Origin: Nemertoderma westbladi
Lineage: Eukaryota > Animalia > Xenacoelomorpha
Direction: 5' to 3'
Length of the DNA: 64,000 nt
Assembly: GCA_032718475.1 (NCBI GenBank)
Contig: JAUCBJ010000064.1
Coordinates: 34,175 to 98,174 of the forward strand
This document shows positions 48,430 through 62,107 of this stretch, piece after piece; the stretch's first letter is position 1; each line of letters starts with the position of its first letter. The translations under genes and the position numbers were made by a program. The notes under the pieces were generated by a model. The model was given only the letters and a program-made list of their open reading frames with translations, was not told the DNA's origin and did no database searches.

Positions 48430-50625
48430 TTAGTCTTTCTTACGCGGACGGCGTTTACGCAGTTTTTTGAGGCTAGCAAGAGTCCTTTTCTCTTTGGGGC
48501 GAGCCACTTTACTAGGAGGGCTGTAACTCCTGGGTGAAGGGTGCAATACAATTGCATCAGAAGGTTTAGGATTACGATCGGTATATCCGCCGGTCGAGGT
48601 ACCTGGTTGATCGATATCAACTTCAGTGGAGCGAGGTCTAACGGCCTTTAGGGCGCGTCTTAGGACAGCAGCTCCTACGGGTCCTTGACGGGTCGCCTGG
48701 ACAATGGCGGTAGGCGGACCGTGAGTGGTGAGAAACTTCCTTGGTTTAATGGTTCTTTCCAGCTCGCGTTCTCGGGCTCGATATTCGTAGGGCCGTCGAG
48801 ATACTTCCTGTAACTCAGGGTGCGAGTTGATAAATAAATCGCCATACTCAGGGTCTTGACGGATGTAATTGATCAAATGGTATGAAGTAATATCGTTAGG
48901 ATTGACGTTCCTAAGATATTTTCGAACAAATTTGGTGGAAATACACTCACCAACACGCTTCATTAGTTCGTAACTCGGTGTGCGTGTTTTTTGTTCCACA
49001 GACGCGAATAAATAAGGATGGAACGCGTAAACTCCCTCATAAGAGCGTCCAGGGTAGTAGCGATGGCGGGACTCACAATGTAAATCCGCGTTCGCTTCCC
49101 AAGCTCGGATGTAGCGCAGGGTAATCATCTCATCTACGCTTTCTAAATCGTGGTTAAAGGGGCAATTATAACTGGCATGTCCTTTAAGTTGACAGTGGTG
49201 GCATTGGGTCATAAATTGGGGGCAGACTGCAAAAATATGCGAGTTATTAAGTCTGCAATACGCACAATAGATTTCGATCATCGGTTGTTCGTGGAAATAG
49301 GAGCAGGGTACGTCGGAGTCCATAGGGGTGAAATGGTCTCTCGATGCGCATAATCGACAACGTTTTCGAGAAACATAGTTGGCGTGTCGATAATCGTATG
49401 CGGTGAGACATTGTGGACCTTGATACCACTCCAAGACGTAATCGTTATCGCTGCTCCGGGGCGCTGTAGGCTGGATCGCTTCAGATTCTAAGCATATTGG
49501 TTCGTCTTCCAATTGCATAGCTGAGGTAGGTGCGGCTGTCTCCGCAAGCGGACCCACTGTCTGAACTTCCACGACAGAATAACCTGTGGGTATTCGGGGT
49601 CTTTGTATAACAGATGAATGTAAGTTCTGTATACAAACGTCCTGAAAGAGGGCAAATCCCGCGCTGTTTAGCTTCTCCGCAGCTGAGTCTCTTAGGCTGA
49701 GTTTGGTCAGAGCGCGGTCCTTGAACTGACTATCAACGTTACGGAACGGAGTCAGAAAGCGCCTGAAACATTCGAAGCGGATGAATTTATTGTGTTCATC
49801 TAACTTGGCGAGTTTGGTTCCAAGTATTAAGGGATGGGCGCGTATGGTACGACTGCACACATCGGCTAGCCAACCGGCAAGTGCTGCGTTTTCAAAGATC
49901 GTGTATATAGCTAAGGAGGGACGAAGTGGAACACTCATAAAGCTATACACGACGCCAGGTGCGGTCAATGGTCCATCAAAGTATAAATGAGAATAATGAT
50001 CTCCATATACTTGTTGGTAATTTATAGGATTTCCAACCTTGAAATTCCATCCGTATTCTTGAAAGGCAAGATGTCCGATGGAGGTTCGTTGTACTTTAGT
50101 AATGCCGATGGGTGTATTTGCATACATAGTGCGGAAGAAACCTCGGCCTTCTGCCCAGGGAGCAATCAGCTGAGTATCAACGAAGGGGTATGGAATGTTC
50201 TCCATATTCCGGAAGTCGTTTTGTAGGTCTCCATAAACAGCTGAGCCGATTTTAAGGATTCTTTCGTTAAACAACATCTCGAGCACGGGCTGGGGTAACA
50301 TCGATCCATCGATACCCATGGCCGGTTTGCGCTCGGTGTCAGCGACATAACGCTGCGCGAGCTCGAATTGTCCATGTCGGAGTCTCTTTTGTGTCTCAGT
50401 AAGAGTTTCAAAAGAATAATCAATCACATCGGAACACGCTCGAGTAAATACGTGGGTAGAACCAGCGAGTCCTCGTATGTGTATCATCCGCGTAGTTCCC
50501 AGTTCTCCAACCGGAATGCTACCTTCATTGTCGTAGGTGACAACTCCATACATCTCGATAACGTTGAGAGTCTCATTCCACTCTTTAGTGGCGTTTTCGA
50601 GGGTCATTCCCACAGGATGCCACAA
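48430..50625 (-). CDS. BEL-2 accessory protein, C-terminal part: DEDDy-type exonuclease plus 3 CCHC-type knuckles
   Basis: VTYDNEG; LPQPVLEMLFNERILKIGSAVYGD; FVDTQ; YTIFE; CRLC..H..C, CAYC..H..C, CHHC..H..C; collinear with 12959-15505. Confidence 0.8.
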   Translation of the reverse strand: MWHPVGMTLENATKEWNETLNVIEMYGVVTYDNEGSIPVGELGTTRMIHIRGLAGSTHVFTRACSDVIDYSFETLTETQKRLRHGQFELAQRYVADTERKPAMGIDGSMLPQPVLEMLFNERILKIGSAVYGDLQNDFRNMENIPYPFVDTQLIAPWAEGRGFFRTMYANTPIGITKVQRTSIGHLAFQEYGWNFKVGNPINYQQVYGDHYSHLYFDGPLTAPGVVYSFMSVPLRPSLAIYTIFENAALAGWLADVCSRTIRAHPLILGTKLAKLDEHNKFIRFECFRRFLTPFRNVDSQFKDRALTKLSLRDSAAEKLNSAGFALFQDVCIQNLHSSVIQRPRIPTGYSVVEVQTVGPLAETAAPTSAMQLEDEPICLESEAIQPTAPRSSDNDYVLEWYQGPQCLTAYDYRHANYVSRKRCRLCASRDHFTPMDSDVPCSYFHEQPMIEIYCAYCRLNNSHIFAVCPQFMTQCHHCQLKGHASYNCPFNHDLESVDEMITLRYIRAWEANADLHCESRHRYYPGRSYEGVYAFHPYLFASVEQKTRTPSYELMKRVGECISTKFVRKYLRNVNPNDITSYHLINYIRQDPEYGDLFINSHPELQEVSRRPYEYRARERELERTIKPRKFLTTHGPPTAIVQATRQGPVGAAVLRRALKAVRPRSTEVDIDQPGTSTGGYTDRNPKPSDAIVLHPSPRSYSPPSKVARPKEKRTLASLKKLRKRRPRKKD

Positions 50626-50644
50626 GGTAGCGCATTCGCTAGCA

Positions 50645-52625
50645 TTAGGTAGGTAGATACTTTAAATATTGTGTGGTATATGTTTCCACATCTCCATATC
50701 GTTGTATTCTTTCTTCCTCGAATAACACGTCAAGATTCCAGTGTAATAAACGAGTTTTGATGAATCCATCAAGATTATACGGAGGTATTGTTTCTTTCTC
50801 TATTCTGGAAACATTGTATGGTTTTCGAAATGAGTTTATTTTAACTAACTGATCCAGATGTTTATGCAGTTGTTCGAGTTCGACAAGATCGAGAGGATTT
50901 ATGAGTGGCAGAAACCTCAGACTATGTGTAGGATCTTCCGGTTTTACCATGTAATATTGTGTTAGGTTGACGTAATAAGGGTGATCTTTGATCCCATAAA
51001 ACGAGTCCGGTAAAGGTCTAGCACATATGTTTACATCGTGTACCATGCGACGGACAAGATCCGCTCTATTGTCCGGAGGTTCAACGAGTATACCATCGAC
51101 ACGAGCGGCTTCGATGGGCGGACGTTGCAACATGGGAGCGTCAGCGATAAGATCTTGAGATCTTAGGTTGATATCAACCGGTTGGGGTTGTACCGTCGCA
51201 AAGAGTTTGTCTCCAAAATGGGGAACCATCGAGGGATGAAGGATGGTTTTAGAGTAGAGATCCGTCATAAGGATTTGAGCTTCGGGTTGAGCTAAAGCTG
51301 CTTCTTCTCTCTCACCCATTTCTATATGTCTCTCCTCGAGCTGATTTTCCTCCGCTTGTTGTTGTAGACGCTCATCTAGGAACTCTTGTAAAGAGTAGGT
51401 TCGTCCACGTTCGATGTCCTCCTCGAGATTTTGTATTTCTCTATCGAACTGGGGTAAAGCTAATTCCTTCACCGCTTGGACTTGTTGCAATTTACGTTTC
51501 TCCAAACTATCGTAAGTTCCCTTTCCGATTTTCTGCCGAATAGCGTCTAACGCGTTTCGTACGACGCTCTCTTCGACTTCCGTAACGGGTTGTATCGAGG
51601 TGAAGCCGGGACGGTTGTGTGGGTTAAACGGCGATATTAGATGACCGCGTCCCAATCCAGCTAGGTAGGGTTGGCGAATATCTAGTGAGCCTACTACCAG
51701 AGTGCCACCGATCAACTGTTCGGGTAACACTAGATCTTTGAACAGCGAATACAGTTCGGGAGGATCCGTGATACTATTAGGATCAAGAGTCTGAGGTCTA
51801 ACTGAGGAATGAGGAGGTCTGACCGAGTATTCCGGAACTCTGATCATTGGTTTGTTCAAGGATCGTTTGAGTCGAGCGACTGTAGGGGATACGTCGAACA
51901 GGTTTCGCTCGAAACTCCCATAAGTATATCGTGTAAAACTGTGTTTAGCGCAACGTCTCCGCGGATGTTTATGTCTTTCCGTTTGCTGATTGGGTCTAGG
52001 GCACTCGTCGCAGTAATACCAAAGACGCACGTCCTGCAGGGGAAACGCGGGTGATCGTTCTCCAGCTTTACAATATTCCTCCATCTGTTCGAAGCTATCT
52101 GGGACGACAGGTAGCGGTCGATCGGCGGTAAGATACATCATAGTGAAATAGAGTCGTTTGAGTTCTATCATAGGGTCATGATGTATACCTTGAGGATATC
52201 AAGTTTCGAGATTTTGTTGACTGGCAATATTGAGGTATGTCTCTCTCAGGAATTCCAGATAATCGTTGAAGTCGCTGCGTTTATCCGGCTCTTCAACGTC
52301 TTCCCTTTCGAGTCTGTTTCTAATATTTAAATAAAACCATTTCCCTTTCGGTGTCTACGTCGTCCGTATCGTGTAAATCGATAGGATGGCCAGTAGTTAA
52401 GAAGTCCATATACGTACCATTACGATGCGTATAGCGAGCGGTGAACTTTCTATAATCCAATTCACGCGTAAGTTGCTCCTGGGACATTGGCGGTTCGATA
52501 TAACGACCATCATCCTCCGTAGTAGTTGGACCAGCGTCGCCGCGTATCAAGCTATCGACAAATGCTTGTAAAGGTAGAGTATATCGCTCCCTGATACCAA
52601 GATCATCTTCTATCAACTCAGTCAT
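50645..52625 (-). pseudogene. BEL-2 accessory protein, N-terminal extension of unknown function (ORFs 52320-52625 and 50645-52171)
   Basis: Joins the exonuclease ORF after correcting a 1-bp indel (~52322), one TGA (~52200) and a 4-bp ACCT duplication (~50648); has a CDEC...H...C..H motif and a coiled coil. Confidence 0.65.
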
Positions 52626-54459
52626 ATCTGCTATGAGTTTATCAATATTATAATGAGTTTATATATTAGGCTAGCGGGCGTCGCTGCCTACCCCTCTTTT
52701 GCCCCCGGACAGTGTAAGATCCTCAGCGCCGATGTACCGTCGTCGCTGTGCTTTCGCCAACGATGTAGCTACACAACGACAACGATAACCGGCACAAGTC
52801 ACTCCACTGTCCGTCCCAAAGGCTTAGATGTACTTCAGGTTCTTTCTGGAGAGTTAGGGCTACTTTCACAATTGCGACTAGCTACTGTAAACACACTTTA
52901 GCAATAACATTCACCTATGAACGCACAAATTCAACACAACTGCCACAAACCGCACACATTCGGGCCATTTGTCCGTTAGTCAGTACCTTCCAGAATGTCA
53001 CTTTATTTATTATGTATCCTTGGATACTAGCAGTGCGCTATTTATTCCCTATGCTATTCAATGGGGCAAGCTTTCTATTGTTCTTTTAACTCACTTCTAA
53101 TTCTAGCGTGGTTGTTGCTATGGTGACATTATGGAAAGCTAGCGGTAGAATTAGGGTAATTCTCATGCATACAGATCTGGGATGCTATTTAATAGTAATT
53201 CTTTAATTGTCAATATCCTCTCTATATATGATTTTATGAATTTTATCGGCTATTGACTATATATTGGAGATTCTCGCACACTAATACACTTAATAGAGTG
53301 AATCTCCGCTCCCATGATCTATTAATTAATGGAATTTTGGGAATGTTATAAATTGTATAAAATGACAATTTATTAAATTCATTGAAATATATGAATTTAA
53401 ATTTATTCCCGTAAATTTTATTATTTAATGTTAAATAGACACAATTTTATTCCAGAACAAGTCTAGGGACTGGGATCCTTGATTCTAGGAATTTTGTCCT
53501 TTTAAGAGTATCGGTAAGTGCTACGATATCTTAATCGACTAGAATTTTAAAGGATCTAAAATTTCGACAGATTTTATAAATATTAATAATTAATATTTAG
53601 GATGGGCACCAGTTTATTCCAGAACTTGTCGGGGACATTAACCACTGATTCTAGAATTTGTCTTTCAAGTATATCGGTGGGTGCCGCGATATCTTAATCG
53701 ACTAGAATTACAGATGGTCAAAGGGTTTAACAGATTTATTTTGCGTTATACGCTACTGTTAAAAGGACATCACGCTACTATATGTATTATTTAATATACG
53801 GTATGAGAGCAATATCGCACGAAGCAATGTCAGTGAGAAGAGGCAAGTCGTTTCCAAGGTCTACCCAGAGCTTGGTTTAGCCGAGACACGAGGATCTGAA
53901 TTTTGCATTCCTAATACTCTGCTTTACCAATAATACTTGAATATAGTAGGAGCTTTATTGTACTTTAATAAGTACGGATATTTCGTCTTACTGTAGTTAC
54001 GTATTTGTAATGTAATACAGACAGTAAGGAAGGAGGAAAAGAATTATTTCTCGCCATCGCACTAAATATATAATATATAAGTAATTAAGTAATAAACGCG
54101 AATATATATTGCACTAATCTACTAAATAATCGCTAAAATAACATTCTACTAAATAAATTAAAGAAAACGATTATAATAAAATTACATAATAATACATACA
54201 TAATATAAAATAATAAAAATGAATATAAAATAATATAGTCACACACCCACTCCGTATGTTGTTACGTTATGGAGTCCCTAGATATTTGTTGGATTAGGGA
54301 GGTGGTCGTGGGAAGAGTATCTTGTCTTCCATAGTTTCCGGAGAGTTCTCTGTCTCTTTCCAGTAAACATAAGCGACCAACTGGGCGATTGAGCTGCTGT
54401 GTCTCGAAGACAATTCCTGGTTTCTTGAAGTTGCGTCGCATGACGACGAGTTCTACCGA

Positions 54460-55830
54460 TCACACCAAACCGTCATCCGAGATGTGAGTCTCGATGATAC
54501 GACCTGTCTGCCACCGCTTAAGTGGAAGATCTACATCCACAATAAGAACCATGTCTCCAGCGCTGACGTTTTCTTGCTGCGCAAACCACTTAGTTCGAAG
54601 TTGTAGCGTGGGCAGATAATGTTTTTCGAAATGGTCAGCGAAACGACGGGATAACAACTGCATGAGTTGCCAAGTTTGCCGGCAGTATTCGTCTCCGTCT
54701 GTGATTTCCGATTGTGGGAGCATGGCTACAGGTTTCTTCAGTAGGAGGAAGTGCGCATGTGTTAGCGCTTCCAGGGAATCGGGACTCGATGAGACTGGCA
54801 TAAGCGGTCTCTCGTTGAGATAGGCGGCGATTTCCTCCATTAACGTCCGCAAAAGTTCGTCGGTGAGATACGTGCGGCAAGGCACTATAAAGTGAAATGC
54901 TGTCTTCACACTTCTTATTAATCTCTCCCAACTTCCTCCCCACCAAGGGGCATCGGCGGCGTTGAAGGTCCAGCTAGACGCTGTTACTCGTAGCTGATCG
55001 TCCACCTGTCTTTGGTTCCAATCTTTGACGTAAGCTTTGATTTCATTGTTGGCACCAATGAAGTTTGTTCCCTTATCAGATCTCATCGTGTTACTAGTGC
55101 CAAAGCGAGCGATCTGTCGTCGTAAGCTTAATAGAAAGCTGTTGGTAGATAAATCGTTCACCATATCGAGATGGATAGCTCTACAAGTCATACAAACAAA
55201 GATGACACACCATCTCTTGACTATAGTCCTAGCATGATATACTTCAATAGGGCCAAATAAATCTACACCGGTATTAGTAAAGGGTGGTTCATAGAAGCTT
55301 ACTCGTTCCCTAGGTAATTCTGCCTCTCTCTGTGTTAAAGGCCTACTGAATGCTTTCCTACAGGGTATGCAGTTCCTAAGAACTTGGTTCAGAGCTCTAC
55401 GGGGTTTATAAAAATAATAGCGAGTTCGAATTTCGCTAAGAACTCGTTCTCTACCAGCATGATAAAGTTTGCTGTGAACATCTACAATCATCTTGACTTG
55501 TATCTCAAGATTTCTAATGAGTATGGGAAACTTAGTGACAAAGGATAATGGAGCATTCGTTAATCTTCCTCCAACACGTATCAACCCATCTATCATTGTG
55601 CTAGAGAAACGATCCCTTAAGTGCATCTGCGGATTTCTCAACAACAGGAAATACTTATCGGAATCCTCATAGCATTGCAGGAGTCTCAGCATCTGCTTGT
55701 TGGTTTCTTCATGCTCCTGATAACTGATCTTCTCCTTCAGAAACCTGTCGGATATCTTATATTTGGGAAGATCTTTAATAACATGGACCTGCACCGATGT
55801 TATTGGAGCGGTATCAAACGGGTCTTCCTA
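54460..55830 (-). CDS. BEL-2 integrase
   Basis: GLIRVGGRL, H..LYH..CIPC, TGVDLFGP, SDKGTNF, APWWGGSWERL, YLPTLQLRTKW. Confidence 0.92.
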
Positions 55831-58724
55831 GAAACGGGTTTCTCACTTACCTTGTTTTCCGGTGTCTTCTCTCTGGACTGTTTTAGGAGCTGTAATTTCA
55901 CTTCTCCATCTAAGAATGACATGAGATCAGCCATGGTAGGGTCTCGTCGTTGTTGTTCCATCATATATAACACTTTCTTATCCCAGCGTGTACCTACTCC
56001 ACCCTTCGGTAAAGTAGAAGCCACGGCTCCAATAACCATAGAACTCTGATATTCATGAGACTTACCTAACCAATCTAATTGTCTACAGATCTCTTGAATC
56101 TCATCGGAAAACTCTATTATCCCGCTGCTAATGAACTTTCGGGGCACTACTAATTTTGCATACAAATATTTAGCTATGTTATTCCTATTACCATACCTGA
56201 TGTTTAGTGTATCCCAAACTTGTCTTAATCCGTCTGGATGTCCAATAAACTTTAACGCCATTAACTTGGGAGATCCTTCCAAGCACTCGGTGAGGAATCT
56301 AAGTTTCTCTCCATTAGATAGTACAGAGTTCTGTATGTTATCTTTATAATATTCATTAAAAGGTAACCATTTCATCTCATCTCCATTGAACTTGACTATC
56401 TCTCCCACCTTTACCGCTTGACGGGCTTCGGTTCTAGCCATTTGACGCGTAAAGCTTTCTTGGGCCATCGTGTTATTTAATATCGAGTTATCGGTATATA
56501 AATTTCTCGGATTATGATCAGGTCTATAGGGAATATCATTATCAACAGGTCTATAATTACCCTTAATAGGGTTCACTATAGGAGTTTCTACTTCGCTAGC
56601 AGTATATATGCGTGTAGGCTCCACACCTTGCGATTGAAATACTTCAGACCTAACAGGTTGACACATTGTTACCGGGGTTGCTGGTATACCCTTTTGTGTA
56701 TTTACTAATTTATCGCGTTCTAACGCTATACTTTGCTGCACTTCTTGCAACTCTAACCTACTCTCTCTAATTGTTCCCTTTAACTGCTGCACAGTTCCCT
56801 CCATCTCCTGGGCCTGCTGAGAGGAGCGAGAATGTTGTTCCCTCAGCTGTCCGAGCAGGAGACCCATCTCCCGTCGTCCCTCATCTACCCACTCGACCGC
56901 CGAAGAGGGAGGCGCCAACGTTGTAGCGGGCGGACGAGGGACAACGGGCGACAAGTCATGAATATTTCACTCGGAGTCCAGGACAGGAACAATTTCAGGG
57001 GTGGTTCTGTGGGGCACAGGTAGCTTCGTGCTGTGCAGAGGGAATTTAGAGGTAGGTTCAGGGAGTACAGGTGTCTCTATCACCAAAGGGGTGGCTTCGA
57101 GAACAGGCCTAATTATTTCAGGCTCATCTACTATAGTAGGGAGTCTTTCTATGTTAATTATTTGGTCTGTGGGTTCTGTACTACCTAAGTCTGTGCTAGC
57201 TAGTTGTCTTCTAACAGCTGGGGGCAAATCAGGCAATTTCTGACGGTGGGACATTCTTTTACGTCTGCTTAGGCGAGATCGATTTCCTCCGCCTTCAGGA
57301 TCGGTGGTATCGCCTTCCTCAGATGATGTATATCCCTGTCTTTTGGGAGTTGATCGACTCATCATCTGCATATTACTAGCTGTTAACTGTTTATTAAAGT
57401 TGTCTTGCTTCTCTTGAAGATTTTCCAACTCTAGTTGGGTTGTCTCTTCAGATGCCCTCTGTTCTGCTTCTGCCACTGCCTCTGCCACTGCCACTGCCGC
57501 TTTTCTTTCCGCTTCTGCCGCTGCCACTGCTGCTGCCACTGCCGCTGTCTTTCTATCTTCTATACGTTTTTTCTTTACTTGTTCTTCTTGAACCTTAGCG
57601 ATGCGGATGCTTTCATCAAATTTAGCTTGATTCGCAGCTATCCTATCCACATCAATTGCGTCCAACACAAGCTTGGCTCCTTCACTATTAGGGCTAAGTC
57701 CCTCTAGTCTTCTCCTCAACTTTTCATCTCCTACAAAACGTTGATAGTCCGACAGATAGATGTCAATAGCATCCCTCTTATGCGGTTTCTCTGCTGTCGC
57801 TTCACTTTCCACTTGGGAAAATGTAGCGTCTGTTGATTCTCCATGGGTTGAGCGCTCATCCAGTTGAACTTTCCACTGAGCCGTTCCTTGAACCTGGAGA
57901 CTCACCCGTTGAAACCAAGTCTTTACGGCAACTTGCAACGACGTGTCTTGTCTTCTTTTAGAAGCCTCCTCAAAGGCCGATAAGATTAGCCTGATTCGCA
58001 GAATTCTTTCTCTAACTTGATAAAGCAGCTGTCCCTGCTCTTGAGGTCCTTGGGGTTGTTGAAACAGTTGTTCCTTTAATCGCTCCATAGAGCTGAAGAA
58101 TCCCTGTACGTATCCGGCTGCGGACCTCTTCCACACAGCTGGATCGATGGTTTCCTTGGTTACTCCCATCCTGTGTATGTCTTCCCAGGCAGCTTCTGAT
58201 AAATCAAACGGGAGTCCGGGTCCGGGGAAGTTCCATTGCGACTCGACAATAGACTTCAGTTCTTCCCTTGTGTATCCCGCATAACTATCTTTAGTCGATC
58301 GCTTATTTCTCGCCCAATCGATCTGGTGTTCTTCCACCACAATCAATAACCTAGTGAGTACGGCTGCAGGAAGGATGAGAAGGGGGTCCGAATAAACCGC
58401 ATCTGTCATCTTTGCTCCGTGCTCGGTTGTCAGCTCTACAGTATCCGCACTACTGGAGCTGTCGGGCCGCTGAGAAATAAGTTCTTGGCTCGCGGGTAGT
58501 TGCTGTTCTGCTGCTTCTTGGTCCCGCTTGACCTGAGCTCGAGTGCCTATGATAGACCTACGATGTTGGACTAGCCTAGGGTCTGATATTACTACTGGAG
58601 GGATGATCTTTCTTACAGTAGGAGGTGAGTTGAACTTCGGTCCCACACGTTCCACACTCCTGTCTGGGTCACATATGGTTGTATCTAGGAGACTGTCTGA
58701 TAGGTTTTGTTTCGTGTCAGACAT
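55800..58724 (-). pseudogene. BEL-2 gag (one in-frame TGA at 56967)
   Basis: KFNGDEMKWLPF...EKLRFLTECLEG...VWDTLNIRYG Pao-gag pattern; ORFs 56967-58724 and 55800-56954 are in the same frame. Confidence 0.85.
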
Positions 58725-58849
58725 GTTGATTTGTACAGTTGAATGCCTACTGCTATATTACAGTTTAAGCAAGTCTAGTAATTCAGTATCACTGTTAGCC
58801 TAGTAATTAATTACCGATACTGCTACTCAGTGTAGCGTGATATATATAT

Positions 58850-59230
58850 AATATATTAGAATACCGGTATGCTTATAGTATATATATAAGTATTATTACA
58901 GACTAGGTTTGTCACAGAATACCGGTATATAATTCCAGCACAAATATATATAAATATATAATAGGCCTATCGTGGATACCGGTATGCAGTTTACACTTAT
59001 AGTATATATAAGTATAATTATTAACTAGAATTAATTACAGAATACCGGTATAATTTCAGCCTAAATTTATAAATATATAATAGGCGTATCGTGAATACCG
59101 GTATACAGCTTACACTTATAATGTATATATATAAGTATAATTACAGACTAGAATTAATTACAAAATACCGGTATAATTTCAGCCTAAAATTTATAGAAAT
59201 AAATATAATAAGCCTATTGTAAATACAGGT
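58850..59230. repeat. ~120-bp tandem repeats (3 units) in the BEL-2 5' leader
   Basis: Recurring ATACCGGTAT...TTATAGTATATATAAGTAT...CAGAATACCGGTATAATT. Confidence 0.75.
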
Positions 59231-60054
59231 ATGTCAATTATTTTAGAATAATTGAATTTCTGAATTTTAAGGGTTACTTGGTTACTTTAACTTACTTTAT
59301 TACCGTTATTTAAGCAGTAGTCCAACTGATATTGAGACCTAATTGTTGTATGGCAGGTCTACTATTTTATAAATCGTTTAAGTTGATTTATAATATATAT
59401 ACCCGTTAAAATGGGTTTTTGTCAATATTTGAAATAAATGTTATTATTTCTGGGGGAGTCACTACACAGAAGCTGTGCGCTCTCAGTGAAGTGCTACTTG
59501 TTGGACACTAAAACAAATAATTCTAATTTACCTAAGTTACTTAATACTACAAATTACGTACAATTCTGGGTGAGATTACAATCTCTAAATAAACACAAAA
59601 ATTACACGTACGAATTTTTAGGGTAATTTTACAAGAAGTCTATAAACCAGCCTAACAAAGGGTTAGAATATCTGGTTATTGCAACGGACAGGTTACTACG
59701 GTATTTGAAAATAATAAGTAGTAGTAAATATACTGCGTTGTCCAGATAGGAAAATACCACCGTCTGACGACTTATAGCCGTATCGCTATAAGTACTACGT
59801 TATGTATCACGGAGTGTTCCTACCTAGAAGTTAATTACCGCGGTCTACCAGAACCAACGTGCCTATTAACCACTTTACAACACAAATATACTGCCTACAC
59901 ACTAATCACCTTCGGAAAGCACTGTACACTAAACCCTAAATTAGGTACAAGTACTTATATAACAAATAATCAGTAGTTAAAAATACTTGAACAGCCAAAA
60001 GAACCACGGTATCTGCTGGAGTGACCGGGGCACAAAATCACCAGTCTTTACCTC

Positions 60055-61097
60055 TAGGGTGGGTCGATTTTTACTTTTTTCGGATATCTAGATTTTCTCA
60101 TTGATAAAAAGTGGCCTTGGGTCCTAAAACTTTGTAGAAACGAAATTTTAACTCCTAAAAATCATGTTTGACCCCTGCACTGGACGTCGTCCAGTTCCCG
60201 TCCTAGCCGCTAGTGAGTCATTTTCCCAATTATTGTGATGATCAACTTCTAGTATTCCTACCGCATTGATATTATGCTCATTAGAACCGCAATGACCGAT
60301 TTAGTTGGTGTAGACACCTTCAAAACAAGCATAGAGCGAGTAGTTTTTGAGATATTGCAGAATTTGTGAAGTCCAGTACAAGTCAACATTAGCGCCTTGA
60401 TGCGGTATTGACAAATACACTAAAAATTATAATTCTAATTTTCTCAAGGCAACCACAATTCCCACATAACTGCAATGATCAATTTAGGGGATGTTGACAC
60501 TCTAAAAATATTAATTGAGTGATTAGTTTTCGAGTTATTGTACAAAATGTCAAGGTTAGGTCCACCAATTAATGACCTTATATTGAGCTGACTCAATCCA
60601 GACGTTTTGTACAATAACTCGAGAACTAATCACTGAACTCATATTATTAGAGTTTCAACATCCCCTAAATTCATCACTGCAGTTATGTGTAAATTGTGGA
60701 TGCCTTGAGATAATTAGAAGTATCATTTTTAGTGTATTTGTCAATACCGCATCAAGGCGCTAATGTTGACTTGTACCGGACTTCACATATTCTGCAATAT
60801 CTCAAAAACTACTCGCTCTATGCTTGTTTTGAAGGTGTCTACACCAACTAAATCGGTCATTGCGGTTCTAATGAGCATAATATCAATGCGGTAGGAATAC
60901 TAGAAGTTGATCATCACAATAATTGGGAAAATGACTCACTAGCGGCTAGGGCGGGAACTGGACGACGTCCAGTGCAGGGGTCAAACATGATTTTTAGGAG
61001 TTAAAATTTCGTTTCTACAAAGTTTTAGGACCCAAGGCCACTTTTTATCAATGAGAAAATCTAGATATCCAAAAAAAGTAAAAATCGACCTACCCTG
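60055..61097. mobile_element. Foldback MITE with ~500-bp inverted arms
   Basis: 60055-60551 is the reverse complement of 60601-61097; no TSD recognised. Confidence 0.85.
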
Positions 61098-61209
61098 ATG
61101 TAGTACCGGGGTTAGTTTAACTATAACGGTATATATAACAAGCACAATTACTGTAGGAATAAACTTGGGGATATGAATGTTGCGAATAATCGCATAAACT
61201 CTGAATAAT

Positions 61210-61780
61210 AAATATTACGCTACGCGTACAGACTACTCAAACAAAATGCAGACCAAATACTGACAGACTACTATCAAACCCAAACAAACTACGGTATATG
61301 CAGACTCCGAAATGATTAGTTAGTATGCGTTCTAACCGAGTAGTACGACTTATTCTTTCGAGGGGGTTTACCTCACAGCTCTGTAAGCTCCTACGTTCCC
61401 AACTGGCACTTTATCGGACATACACTCTGCACACACCGAAATCTCTTCAGACCTAACAACAGCCAGGCAAAATCCAGCCTACAAATTGTCTAAATAAGAA
61501 ATATTACGCTACCCGTACAAACTACACAAACAAAGTACAGACCAAACGCTGGCAGACTACTATCAAGCCTAAATAAACTACAGTATATGCAGACTCCGAA
61601 ATGGTTAGTTAGTATGCGTTCTAACCAAGTAGTACGACTTATTCTTTCGAGGGGGTTCACCTCACAGCACTGGCAGCCCCTACTTTCCTAACTAGTACTT
61701 TTTCGGACATACGCTCTACACACACTACAGTCCCTTCAGACTTAACAACAGTCAGACAACAGTCCAGCCTACAAATTATC
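61210..61780. repeat. ~288-bp tandem duplication in the BEL-2 leader
   Basis: AATATTACGCTAC...CAGCCTACAAATT occurs twice with scattered differences. Confidence 0.85.
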
Positions 61781-62107
61781 TGTACAATCTGAGCAGGCTT
61801 ACACGCCTTCTGCTCAATATTGACCTACAAATAAATAAAACTTGACAGAAATAAGTAAAATCTCAATAAAAAACCAGGGCAGGCCCTCCCTGATTCAATA
61901 TTAAGGCCTACCGGTATATAATTATCAAATCGAATAATACTGCTGTACCTGTACTGCTGTAGGTACCGGTCCGGGTGGTTAGGTAGTCAGGCCAACTAGG
62001 TACCGGTTGTCCGGTACTTCAGCGTCATTGCCTACTGCAATACAGAAGCTATATCTGTTATTGTTCTTACCAGAACAATAGACAACTATATCTTCTGATT
62101 GTACGTA

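Noticed and set aside
50643-50647. TAATG stop-start coupling between the BEL-2 accessory ORFs
   Set aside because: That ATG is out of frame with the exonuclease ORF and closes after 13 codons; a 4-bp duplication explains the break better.
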